DNA from: a virus
Lineage: Duplodnaviria > Caudoviricetes
IMG/VR virus record: IMGVR_UViG_3300001580_001418
Span: 1 to 64,000 of that record
Strand: one strand, 5' to 3'
Length of the DNA stretch: 64,000 nucleotides
The translations under genes and the position numbers were made by a program. Positions 28,320-37,659 of this stretch are shown here, in pieces (the stretch's first letter is position 1; every line of letters starts with the position of its first letter). Under the pieces are notes generated by a model, which had not been told where the DNA came from, did no database searches, and saw nothing but the letters and a program-made list of their open reading frames with translations.

Positions 28320-30011
28320 CTACCATTTCTTATCCTCACCCCTGTAAAATGGAGAGGAAATGATCCCAAGGTCGATAATATCCTGCCACATGTCCCTATC
28401 GAACACGTAAGCCCTGTAGACGTGCTGATTTGGAACCAGCTTTATCATGTTTCCGCCATTCATATACGTCCCATTCGAATATCTGAATCTTGCGTAAGGG
28501 AAATACATCTGAGGCTCAAACTCAAGCTCAAGGACAAAATACTTTTTGGTCGCCGCCGTCTCTGGAACCATCAGTTTGAAAAAAATGCTTCTCTTCGTGT
28601 GCGTGAACATCGGCCCGAGATCTATCATCGTGTCGCTATACATCTGGACAAAGCTTCCATTACCGACCTTGACGCTCAACCACCCATTATCCAGAATCTC
28701 TTTCCCGCGTGCATTTGTTACCCCTGCTCGCACCCTCAACTGTAGGTTTTCAATAAACGGAAGCTTCTGGTATCTTCCCCACCACGCTTCAAGCTCAGGC
28801 GTGTATCTCTCAACACCCTGCCTCACCCAATCTTCTTCGAGGGTCAGAATATCAAAATTGTAATTATTCGCTTCGTAAAGCTCTATATTGGCGTCTCCAC
28901 CAACGGTCAGGCTATCGCTCCATTCAGTCGTAAACGAATAGGACACCTTTGACATCGAAACCCCATTCATGGACTTTGCATCTATCTCCACATTAACGCC
29001 CTGCAGGTAGCTCCATGCGGGATGGTCCACCTCGACATAATACTGCGATGCAGACCCGCTATAACTAAACTCCGGATCCCCCTTCTCGTACAGGATGCCA
29101 TTGATCTTCACCTTTACTTCGTCAATATCGACACCATCGCCCATCGTCCCACAGACATAGAAACTCACCTTTCGGCTTAAGCCAACGACGGTCTCGCCTG
29201 ACTTCGGGCTTCGTCCCTTAATTGCAGGGGCGAATGCATCGTTCAGGGTCGATTTGATAATTGCAATCGCAATGTATTGCTGTTCCTCTTTAAAATTGGC
29301 CGAATCCTCACCCATAACGACAGACGCATTGACCACCGTGGCCAAATCCATCTGGTGCCACAGATCTTCTTCGTAGCACTCGCTTATAATGTAAACGACG
29401 GGCTGGTCTTGGGCAGGGATTATCCCGTCTTCTTCGGTGACGACCGCAACAATGGTAAAGCCAGGCTGCTCAAACGCAACCCCAGCCGTATCCGTCTCGG
29501 TGATTACCGCAGTGATCGTGATCAGCGGCTCTTCATAGAAGTAATCTTCTTCGATCACGACAGATACGATCGTGAGGCTTTCTTCCTGCAGGAAATAATC
29601 TTGCTCGGTTACATCGGAAGCAATCGTGACAAGCAGTTCTTCGTATACTTCAGTAAAACCAAGGCAAGCGGCGACAATCTGAACGAGGCCTTCCTCTAAA
29701 TTCTCGTCCCCAGTGACAACGCAAACCGCCGTAACCGCAGTTTCTTCCGTCTGCGCCCCGCCATCTTCGCCAATGATAATGGCAAGGGCAGAGACCTCTT
29801 TAATCTCCATCCAAATGTCTTCTTCGGTTACGGCAGCGGTCGCGACAAGACTTTGCTCTTCCGGCGTGTAGGCTTGGACTTCTTCGCCCGCAAGGCCGCA
29901 GGCAGCGGTGGCAATCGGCTCTTCTCGATACTCGTCAACGACTACCGTCGAGACGACCGTCACCAATCCTTCTTCAACAGCACCACCCGTGAAGAATACA
30001 AGAATGCTCAC
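28320..30011 (-). CDS. Virion protein with highly acidic repetitive N-terminus
   Basis: ~20-aa E/V/T/A repeats ending in EED-like motifs, then Ig-like domain. Confidence 0.6.
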   Translation of the reverse strand: MSILVFFTGGAVEEGLVTVVSTVVVDEYREEPIATAACGLAGEEVQAYTPEEQSLVATAAVTEEDIWMEIKEVSALAIIIGEDGGAQTEETAVTAVCVVTGDENLEEGLVQIVAACLGFTEVYEELLVTIASDVTEQDYFLQEESLTIVSVVIEEDYFYEEPLITITAVITETDTAGVAFEQPGFTIVAVVTEEDGIIPAQDQPVVYIISECYEEDLWHQMDLATVVNASVVMGEDSANFKEEQQYIAIAIIKSTLNDAFAPAIKGRSPKSGETVVGLSRKVSFYVCGTMGDGVDIDEVKVKINGILYEKGDPEFSYSGSASQYYVEVDHPAWSYLQGVNVEIDAKSMNGVSMSKVSYSFTTEWSDSLTVGGDANIELYEANNYNFDILTLEEDWVRQGVERYTPELEAWWGRYQKLPFIENLQLRVRAGVTNARGKEILDNGWLSVKVGNGSFVQMYSDTMIDLGPMFTHTKRSIFFKLMVPETAATKKYFVLELEFEPQMYFPYARFRYSNGTYMNGGNMIKLVPNQHVYRAYVFDRDMWQDIIDLGIISSPFYRGEDKKW

Positions 30012-30026
30012 AGACCAATCTCCCTA

Positions 30027-30584
30027 CTACTGCTGTTTGATCTTGATCTTGCAGCCAAGCGTCTCAGTGTTCTGCAACGTTCTCGATTGACTTAGGGCCA
30101 CAAAGGCAATCAGCTTGCCAGCAGTTCCAGAAGCTGTCGTGGTCAATACCATGTACGTTACGGGCCCCCATGATCCGCCCGTGGCAGAGAACGTCACCTG
30201 CTTGCTGGTAGCCATATAATCGCCCGAATCAAGAGCAAGCGTCGGCCATCCAACCGCACTCCGCTCAATCTCTTGGCGAGCATAGCCATTCCCCGTCGGC
30301 TCGCCAACAAGATCAGCCATCGTATCGGTCTCCAGGGGCGTATCGTTATACAGGCCAAGATAAAACGTGGTGGGAAGGTTCTGAGCGCGGAGATACCCAT
30401 CGAGCATACTTTGCTCGCCCTCGTCCGCAAGCGCATTCTGCAGAACCTCGCTCCAAAGTAAATTGCCGTCCTTGTCCCGGCACTCAATCTCATAAAACCC
30501 TATCCACGTCGCATGCTTCTTGCCTGAGAGCAGCGCCCTCAAAGCCATCTTCCAAGCTCTTTTTGAGAATAAACTTTCAAACAT
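30027..30584 (-). CDS. Tail fibre/baseplate-type protein
   Basis: FYLGLY...EPTGNGYARQ...VTFSATGGSWGPVT. Confidence 0.65.
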   Translation of the reverse strand: MFESLFSKRAWKMALRALLSGKKHATWIGFYEIECRDKDGNLLWSEVLQNALADEGEQSMLDGYLRAQNLPTTFYLGLYNDTPLETDTMADLVGEPTGNGYARQEIERSAVGWPTLALDSGDYMATSKQVTFSATGGSWGPVTYMVLTTTASGTAGKLIAFVALSQSRTLQNTETLGCKIKIKQQ

Positions 30585-30659
30585 CGTTTGACCCTCCTTT
30601 CACGCTTTTGCGTAATATCAAGATAAAAAAATACCTACCCAATCGCCTACCAAGCTTCA

Positions 30660-31223
30660 TTACGACACTCTTATTTGATACTTATACTTCAACGTCAAAG
30701 CTTTCGTGCTTTGAATCAACACACCTGTCGGATTCACGTCCCTACACATCAAGAAATATTGTGCGATGGAATAAGTTCGGGCAATTGCCCCAAACTCATA
30801 AACAGTTATGTCCGCACCCGAGCTGTTGGTAAAAATTCTTTGATGCTCAAAGTACCTCACACTGCCATCGGTCGTCGGGACAGTTGGCACTGTATCAGCC
30901 CCATAGGATAACTGACCAACCCCTGTCCCATGAGCAATTTTAGCCTGCAAAGCATAGTCCCCGGGTGCCACGGCATTCGTGCCCGTGCCTACCACCAGAC
31001 CAAAAAGGTCAGCCGCCGCAGCTGACATATAATGCATATTGTTATGAGTAGCCGCAGATGCATTCGACGTGTTGAGTGTATTTAGAAACACAGCATTGCT
31101 CATCAAATCATACCACCAATAAATCATCGCATTCACTGGCGGATCGCAGATTTTTCTATACGCTAATCTGCCCGGAGCACCTATTCTTCCAACATAAGCC
31201 TTTAACTCGATATTAAATCTCAC
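30660..31223 (-). CDS. Tail-collar/fibre-like paralog 6
   Basis: GLVVGTG..A..DY.L..IAHGTG.GQL; FTNSSG.DITV.E.G; RDV. Confidence 0.65.
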   Translation of the reverse strand: MRFNIELKAYVGRIGAPGRLAYRKICDPPVNAMIYWWYDLMSNAVFLNTLNTSNASAATHNNMHYMSAAAADLFGLVVGTGTNAVAPGDYALQAKIAHGTGVGQLSYGADTVPTVPTTDGSVRYFEHQRIFTNSSGADITVYEFGAIARTYSIAQYFLMCRDVNPTGVLIQSTKALTLKYKYQIRVS

Positions 31224-31815
31224 GGCAATGGAATCTCCATTCTATAATTAAAAAAATACTCGTCTCCTGGCTCAAACAGAATCCCGTCTGGAACCACATC
31301 GCGTGCAAACATCCAGCTATACAGAGCACTGGTGAATACATAAAGCCCTACCTCAAAGATGCGTAGTGGGCTGGTGTGTTTGTTTTCCACCGCACGAACA
31401 TTTTGCAGAAAACGCATGTTCTTTTGCGGACCGTTCACAGCGTAAATCGGATAGCCCATATCTTGAACTTTATAAAACAACTGACCTGACCCGGTACCGT
31501 GTGCTACCAGTGCTCCAAGAGAATATTGCGACAAAGCTGGCGGTGCAGAGCCTGTGCCAAGCACTACCCCTTTATTTGTCTCGCCCACAGCGGCTAAGAC
31601 CGTCGGTGTCATATTGTAATTCATACCCCTCAACGTATTCGTTATGTCTAACGACGTATATGCAGGCAGCTCGGTATATCTGGAATGAGTATACAGAAAA
31701 TCAATCCAAGCCCGAGCAGGTGGATCATCAGGATTCGAATAGACCAAAACCTTCTTTTTACCTACCCGCTTGTAGACATAAAGTCCAAATCCAAACGAAT
31801 ACGCATTCGGCTCAT
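31220..31815 (-). CDS. Tail-collar/fibre-like paralog 5, probably frameshifted near the 5' end
   Basis: Shared motifs; the paralog-like N-terminus MSRMRIRLDLDF lies in a different frame. Confidence 0.55.
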
Positions 31816-31940
31816 GCGACTGACGTCGAGTAACACGTTTCAAGGAAAAAGCTCCTCTCTAAGTAAATTATCGCCCCTCTTTTCGATGCATGTTTGCTTC
31901 TTTTCTTCTTTTTCTCTTCTATCAGTTTATATCGTCTCAT
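31812..31940 (-). CDS. 42-aa basic peptide (not in ORF track)
   Basis: MRRYKL...CYSTSVA; RBS upstream; ATGA overlap downstream. Confidence 0.5.
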   Translation of the reverse strand: MRRYKLIEEKKKKRSKHASKRGAIIYLERSFFLETCYSTSVA

Positions 31941-31950
31941 CCCTTTCTCC

Positions 31951-32535
31951 TTACGGTGCGGTAACTTTTACCCTGTACGTGATAGTCAGTGTCTTGGTAT
32001 CAAGCACATCAATCGCCGTACCGAGGACATCCCTACACATCAGCCAATACAAGGCTTGCCCTTCATATCTATCGACCAGACCTATCTCGGCCACCGTTAC
32101 TGTTGACCCTGAACCATTTGTAAACCCCCTAACCACTTCGCAATAACAATCATTTCCTACGATAGTCGGAGCAATAAGGGTCACAGCCCCATACTGCAGC
32201 TGGCCAGTTCCAGTTCCGTGGGCAATCTTCGTTGCAAGAGCATAGTCGCTTACGGTTACGGCCGTTGTTCCAGATCCAACCATAACTCCATAGTTCGCAT
32301 CCGCTGAGGCAGCGTTTACACACCATGCCTGTCCAGAACCTATCACGAAGGACCTATCAACATTGCTGGTATCCTTCATGGTATACCCGAGACCCGTGCC
32401 AATACAGTACAGCCACGGATTAAATCCCCTAACCGGCGGATCGTTCCGCTTTCTAAAGACCATCTTGCGATGCCTTCCACCGAGGTCACTCAGATATCCA
32501 AAAGCATCGATTAGAATTCCATGGCTTCTTCTCAT
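31951..32535 (-). CDS. Tail-collar/fibre-like paralog 4
   Basis: Same shared motifs. Confidence 0.65.
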   Translation of the reverse strand: MRRSHGILIDAFGYLSDLGGRHRKMVFRKRNDPPVRGFNPWLYCIGTGLGYTMKDTSNVDRSFVIGSGQAWCVNAASADANYGVMVGSGTTAVTVSDYALATKIAHGTGTGQLQYGAVTLIAPTIVGNDCYCEVVRGFTNGSGSTVTVAEIGLVDRYEGQALYWLMCRDVLGTAIDVLDTKTLTITYRVKVTAP

Positions 32536-32544
32536 CTTCTTCTC

Positions 32545-33099
32545 CTAAATTGTCGTCTGAACCTTATAAACCACAATCAAAATCCCCTCAGCCGGTACCG
32601 TTATTCCGCCCGTTGTATCTCTTGCAAGTAAAAAATACCATCCACCATTCAACCCATAAATGCCTACCTCATTTACCGTCACATCCCCACCAGATAGGTT
32701 GATAATCTGCCTATAACCCTCTGTTGTGTACGTGCTTCCCGATAAGGTCGGGGCGGACCAATAGTTAGCCGAATAATACAGTTGACCACTACCCGTTCCA
32801 TGCGCAATCAACGTTTGGAGCGTATAATCGCTAACGGTAACCGCATTCGCGCCCGTGCCTACCACAATTCCATAGGCATTCCCAGCAGCAGGATTGATTA
32901 CGATTGAAGTATGGACATAAGACCTCTGTGTCCCCGATACATCCTTCCAGTTTTGATTGACCATTGTAAAATGGGTATAAATAGCATAAAGCATAGCTTG
33001 GACAAAAGGATCGTTCTTCTTTCTCAATGCCAGCTTTCTTTTTCCTTTTTGATCCACCAAATACATTTCTAATCGCAAGAACGTTCCTTTTTTTCCCAC
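32545..33099 (-). CDS. Tail-collar/fibre-like paralog 3
   Basis: Same shared motifs. Confidence 0.65.
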   Translation of the reverse strand: MGKKGTFLRLEMYLVDQKGKRKLALRKKNDPFVQAMLYAIYTHFTMVNQNWKDVSGTQRSYVHTSIVINPAAGNAYGIVVGTGANAVTVSDYTLQTLIAHGTGSGQLYYSANYWSAPTLSGSTYTTEGYRQIINLSGGDVTVNEVGIYGLNGGWYFLLARDTTGGITVPAEGILIVVYKVQTTI

Positions 33100-33108
33100 T
33101 GCGGCCTC

Positions 33109-33321
33109 CTATGTTACTTCCGTTGAATATTCCGACCCATAGCTACACGTTTTGGTCGGCCAACCTGGCGTCACGGCATTGGTTCCGGTCGACCCCCACG
33201 TCCCGGTCTTTAACAACGCATCTCCCAAAACCGCTTGATTGGGACCAGAGCCGTACGCACACGTTGGGCCAATTGCCTCACCTTTATACTTTTCTTGTCC
33301 GAGTAGCTTTCTTCTTCTCAT
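33109..33321 (-). CDS. 70-aa peptide
   Basis: MRRRKL...YSTEVT; ATGA-coupled. Confidence 0.5.
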   Translation of the reverse strand: MRRRKLLGQEKYKGEAIGPTCAYGSGPNQAVLGDALLKTGTWGSTGTNAVTPGWPTKTCSYGSEYSTEVT

Positions 33322-33890
33322 GTCGTTATGCTCATTTTATACCTTAAGGTAAATATTTTCCCGTTGTTCACCGTTACTCCCGACCCTAAAACATCTCTCG
33401 CAAGCAAATAATAATACGCGGCAGCCTCATACTTTGAGTAGAGCCCAGTCTCATTAATCGTCACATCACCACCCGATGAATTGGTAAAAGGACGGTGGAA
33501 CACCATCAAAGTCTCGCTCGCACCCACCGTAAATATCACTAGTTCCGTAATCCCGTACACCAGCTGGCCAGATCCGGTCCCTTTGGCTATTTTTGTCTGT
33601 AGAGCATAATCATCCACACCCACTGCATTCGTGCCTGAACCAACCACGGGACCATAAGCATCTTCGTCCCGAGGAGCATTGAGCAGCATAGCATATCCAA
33701 TCCACGCCCACGGACTGCTCTGATCATTCCCATCCACCTTCTTCATTGGAACACTTACATCTCCCGTGAACATCGAATACATATACCAATGGAAAGCCTT
33801 CACCACTGGATCACACCTCTTCCTGAAAACAAGACGAGGCTTGCCTCCGCAACCACTCAGATAACCGCTCAATTCAATATTGAATCTCAT
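33318..33890 (-). CDS. Tail-collar/fibre-like paralog 2
   Basis: Same shared motifs. Confidence 0.65.
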   Translation of the reverse strand: MRFNIELSGYLSGCGGKPRLVFRKRCDPVVKAFHWYMYSMFTGDVSVPMKKVDGNDQSSPWAWIGYAMLLNAPRDEDAYGPVVGSGTNAVGVDDYALQTKIAKGTGSGQLVYGITELVIFTVGASETLMVFHRPFTNSSGGDVTINETGLYSKYEAAAYYYLLARDVLGSGVTVNNGKIFTLRYKMSITT

Positions 33891-34459
33891 ATCGAGGTTT
33901 CCATTCTGTACGTCACCGACATTGTTGCTCTATCCAGGATTGCAACGCCCGGGCTAACTAAATCCCTTGCCAACACGTAATAATAGCTGCCATGAGTTCC
34001 ATAAAGTCCCACTTCATTCACCGTTATAGAACCACCTGATAAATTCGTAAGCTCCCGGATAAACACCGATCTATACATAGAGCCTGTCGGCTTTGCAGGC
34101 TGCGTAACTGCCATTGCCTGGTAATACAATTGCCCGCTTCCTGAACCATGCGCGATTATTGTATCCAGCTTATAGGCATCAAGACTAATCGCTGCCGTCC
34201 CCGTTCCGACCACGATTCCATAACTTCCATTTGCAACTCCAGCGGTTATAGACATCCCGGTCTGATTCCAGTCACGGCTGGTGTTGGTGATGTCTTTTAT
34301 GGCTATTGTCGTTACATTCCAAAAAATCCCATACATCAAATATATTAAAGCCTTCATGAACGGATCGTCATTGAGCTGGCGCACCAAACGAAATTCTTTC
34401 TCGTCCTCGTTCCTCAAACGAATGTCACAGTGAAGATTAAAAAGCTGTTTCTTTCCCAC
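33887..34459 (-). CDS. Tail-collar/fibre-like paralog 1
   Basis: Same shared motifs. Confidence 0.65.
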   Translation of the reverse strand: MGKKQLFNLHCDIRLRNEDEKEFRLVRQLNDDPFMKALIYLMYGIFWNVTTIAIKDITNTSRDWNQTGMSITAGVANGSYGIVVGTGTAAISLDAYKLDTIIAHGSGSGQLYYQAMAVTQPAKPTGSMYRSVFIRELTNLSGGSITVNEVGLYGTHGSYYYVLARDLVSPGVAILDRATMSVTYRMETSI

Positions 34460-34462
34460 TTC

Positions 34463-34954
34463 TCAGATTACCTCTCCATAGATATTCATCGAACCTGTCG
34501 AGATTGACTTGACTGCCAGCCTTATAGAGGTTGCCCCCATCACGTCGACCATCTTGACGGTGCCAAAATAATTTCCAGTCGAAGTTCTTCTCCACTGCGA
34601 TGCAGTAAAGGCTATCTCCTCACCAACGCCGATTATGGCAGGCGTGGTTGCGCCATCATAAAATACTGGCACTATCACGCAATTCGCCCCTGCTGTGTTA
34701 AAATCCACCTCGATCAATAGCACTGACTTATCGCCAACCGTTATCGCTGTCGATGTCAGGGCTGAAAGATCTACACCATCAGCAGCTGATATCGTCGCCC
34801 TATTTGGCGCACTATAAAAAGTCGACGGCAGATGAAGCGAGGCAAAATCAAACTTTTGGATTAACCTGTCGTGGGAATCCCCCTGCTCGTGACCATCTCT
34901 CGCCCCAATATACGCCCCCGTTCCTACATTTATTCCTACCGCTCGTTCAGCCAA
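34463..34954 (-). CDS. Putative virion protein
   Basis: TTG start after AAGGAGGT; beta-rich. Confidence 0.55.
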   Translation of the reverse strand: MAERAVGINVGTGAYIGARDGHEQGDSHDRLIQKFDFASLHLPSTFYSAPNRATISAADGVDLSALTSTAITVGDKSVLLIEVDFNTAGANCVIVPVFYDGATTPAIIGVGEEIAFTASQWRRTSTGNYFGTVKMVDVMGATSIRLAVKSISTGSMNIYGEVI

Positions 34955-34973
34955 GGTCTCCACCTCCTTTAGG

Positions 34974-35489
34974 TCAGTCAGGGTCCAACGTGATCTTCGG
35001 GATGAACCCATGACTATCAGGTAAGTATTGAGAAAAATCACTCCCACCAGTAAGTTCTTTCCACCACTCAATCACACCCTTTTCAGAAAGAACCTTATTG
35101 CCACACTTCAAACAGCCCCAATATGTCTTGTTCTTTCCATCCTTCGAATCGCTGCAACCACCACAAATCGGATGCAGTTGCATACATTTTTGTTTTCCAC
35201 ACTTTGGGCAGTCCATTTTTGGAAAAACATCCCTAAACAGGTTATAGTTTTTCTGCGTTCTCACTTCGCCAGTAGCTTCGTCAACCTCTCTTACTATCTG
35301 AACCTTCTCGTGAGGGCCTATAACAAGACCGTCTTCGCCTACGGGCGGCGCATTCGGGTCACGTTTCAATATCTTTAGCGGATCGTCGTTATAATGTTTT
35401 GTCCTATATTTTTTCACTCTATCGGCTGTCGTTTTTAATTCAGGATAAAATCTCTGCAATAACTTGTAGCGGTGAATCTTTTCTTCCAT
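34974..35489 (-). CDS. Zinc-finger hypothetical protein
   Basis: CPKC, CGGC, CLKC. Confidence 0.55.
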   Translation of the reverse strand: MEEKIHRYKLLQRFYPELKTTADRVKKYRTKHYNDDPLKILKRDPNAPPVGEDGLVIGPHEKVQIVREVDEATGEVRTQKNYNLFRDVFPKMDCPKCGKQKCMQLHPICGGCSDSKDGKNKTYWGCLKCGNKVLSEKGVIEWWKELTGGSDFSQYLPDSHGFIPKITLDPD

Positions 35490-35500
35490 GTCAAACCCCC

Positions 35501-37453
35501 TTAAGAAAGTGCCCCGGGACAGCATTTATGTTCTTTCAACCACTGAGACCTAACGTCATAAACCCCACCGCAAGTGACGCATATCCATCCGACACCTGGA
35601 TGATACCATCGCCCTCGGCAATACTCCGGTGGCGCGCAGCATGTGGGCGGATTCCACGCACAGGTCGTTCCTTCCGTCCCCATAGCGCTACATCCGCCTC
35701 CGGGGTTGCTCCCATGGATAATGCAATACGATCTCCAGGCCCCGCCATCTTTACCAACAAAATCCCCCCTGCAATTATAATTATCAAATCCCCATTGCCA
35801 TCCAAGGCCAAAATGCCAGTTATAGCCTTGATCCAGCCAACTATAAAGATAGTCCGGATTTCGGCAGGAATCACACCAAGAACCCCAATATTGCTCATTC
35901 GCAACCCATACTTTTTTATAGGCAACCTCATTCGTATAAACAGCATTAATTGTCATATCGACTTGGTCTTCAGCACCACAGGCGTCTTGACAGGTTATCT
36001 TAATTGTCCACTTCTCACAGTTGTCCCATGAATCCTCATCCGGTGCAGTGTAGGTCGCTGACGTTGTGTCTTCGCTAACCTCGATCTCTCCTGGGCCATC
36101 AAGCGACCACGCAAACGGTGGGCATCCACCATCCTCAGCCGGTTCAACCCACAGGTCAACAACAGTTCCAGGACCGATCGTTTCCACGTCATCAGGTTCG
36201 GTATAAATAATCACCAGACGATCCCCTGGAAGCTTTAAGCAGCAATCAAAACTAATCATCTGGTCGTACCGACAGTACGGAACATCGTCTTCTCCGCTAC
36301 CCATTTGAACGCTGAGGATCACCGTTCCGGATCCAGCTAACGGGTTTACCGCAAAATCAAATCGATACTCAGGCGGGTTTTCGGATATTTCCTGCACGTT
36401 GGACATTTGAACGTCGCAAATCGGCCCATTCCCATTGCAGTCGTGGAACCAATACGTAAGCGGGGCCATTGACCTCTCGGTGGGAGTGCAATCGTGATAC
36501 CATCCCTTAACCGTGGCCTGATAGACTAAACCGGTTGCAATGGGACTTGGAGCATTGGCAAGAACATCACACCAGCACCCGACGTATAACAGCTCATCTT
36601 TCTCGCAGAACGGAACATTGTCGGGTCCAACAACCTCAACGTGTACGTTGAAAACCGCATACTTCTCATCTCCGTCTTCAACCGTTGGAATAAAAACTAT
36701 GTGGTCTTTGTCCTCGGAAATCATCTCGACCGAACAGGTCCCAACGCACGTCAAGACAGAAACATCCCAGGAGACAGTCATGTCTTCCTCTTCCCGGTCA
36801 GAACTGCATCCAGCAAGAGAAAGATCTTTCGTTGCGGTTACTGTATCGCCTGAGCCGACCTTACTTCCTGGAGCAAGATCGATCGTCACCTCGCAGGTAC
36901 ACCCAAGTATTTTTACTCTCTTTGCGGTCGTACATTCCGGTGTCCCATCCACCCCCTCAAAGCTTGCAACCAGCGTGACATAACAAAAATCTTCCCCTGT
37001 GTACGGATAAACCGAAGCTATATTTGGAGTCCACAGCAATTCCCATTCCGCTGGCGGGGCAATAATCGTCCCGCTGCACTTACCTTCAGAAACGATTTCC
37101 CACGTCGGGACCATTCCTTCGTACGACGATGGATTACAGCCCTTGTCGTATTCGATTTCGACCGTATGTGACGTATCTTCGCCATTCTTAACCTCAGAGG
37201 GTCCAACAATAGTTAAACGGCACCTACAATGCTTTCTTTCCTTTTCCTTCTTTTGGGTAATCTCACGCTTTACCTCAACGCTGCTCTGTTCTTTTTTGTA
37301 TATCGGGAGCCACCGCCTGCAACTTCGATCAAAGACTAAGAGAACCGAATCTCCAACCTTGTAATTCCCTTCAACAACGTGGCCTTGCTTCGTCATAAAG
37401 GACGTACCACCAAGTTCCGCAATAACCTCGTCGTGTACAAAATCCTGCCTCAA
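35501..37453 (-). CDS. Cys-rich tail-tip/spike-like protein with three Ig-like repeats
   Basis: CxC...G.D..P.C units; position after the hub gene. Confidence 0.55.
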   Translation of the reverse strand: MRQDFVHDEVIAELGGTSFMTKQGHVVEGNYKVGDSVLLVFDRSCRRWLPIYKKEQSSVEVKREITQKKEKERKHCRCRLTIVGPSEVKNGEDTSHTVEIEYDKGCNPSSYEGMVPTWEIVSEGKCSGTIIAPPAEWELLWTPNIASVYPYTGEDFCYVTLVASFEGVDGTPECTTAKRVKILGCTCEVTIDLAPGSKVGSGDTVTATKDLSLAGCSSDREEEDMTVSWDVSVLTCVGTCSVEMISEDKDHIVFIPTVEDGDEKYAVFNVHVEVVGPDNVPFCEKDELLYVGCWCDVLANAPSPIATGLVYQATVKGWYHDCTPTERSMAPLTYWFHDCNGNGPICDVQMSNVQEISENPPEYRFDFAVNPLAGSGTVILSVQMGSGEDDVPYCRYDQMISFDCCLKLPGDRLVIIYTEPDDVETIGPGTVVDLWVEPAEDGGCPPFAWSLDGPGEIEVSEDTTSATYTAPDEDSWDNCEKWTIKITCQDACGAEDQVDMTINAVYTNEVAYKKVWVANEQYWGSWCDSCRNPDYLYSWLDQGYNWHFGLGWQWGFDNYNCRGDFVGKDGGAWRSYCIIHGSNPGGGCSAMGTEGTTCAWNPPTCCAPPEYCRGRWYHPGVGWICVTCGGVYDVRSQWLKEHKCCPGALS

Positions 37454-37455
37454 AT

Positions 37456-37659
37456 CTAATCCTCTCCCATACAGATGCGGATATGCTTACAGCCCATCCA
37501 CGGAATCACAAGCCCCTTTGCGCCCTGATCAACTCCTACCGTCATATCGTTATTACCAACCACAAGCCCACTTTGAAGGCTGAAATTATTCCCAAAGCCA
37601 ACTTCGATCGACGCCAGCTTTTCGTTTCGTTCCTTTTCCGCTTCTCTTCGTTTCATCAC
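37456..37659 (-). CDS. Small tail-associated protein
   Basis: Translationally coupled ORF. Confidence 0.5.
   Translation of the reverse strand: MMKRREAEKERNEKLASIEVGFGNNFSLQSGLVVGNNDMTVGVDQGAKGLVIPWMGCKHIRICMGED

Noticed and set aside
30660-34459. Diversity-generating retroelement or shufflon behind the paralog array
   Set aside because: No reverse transcriptase, adenine-specific template/variable repeat pair, invertase or inverted cassettes seen in this window
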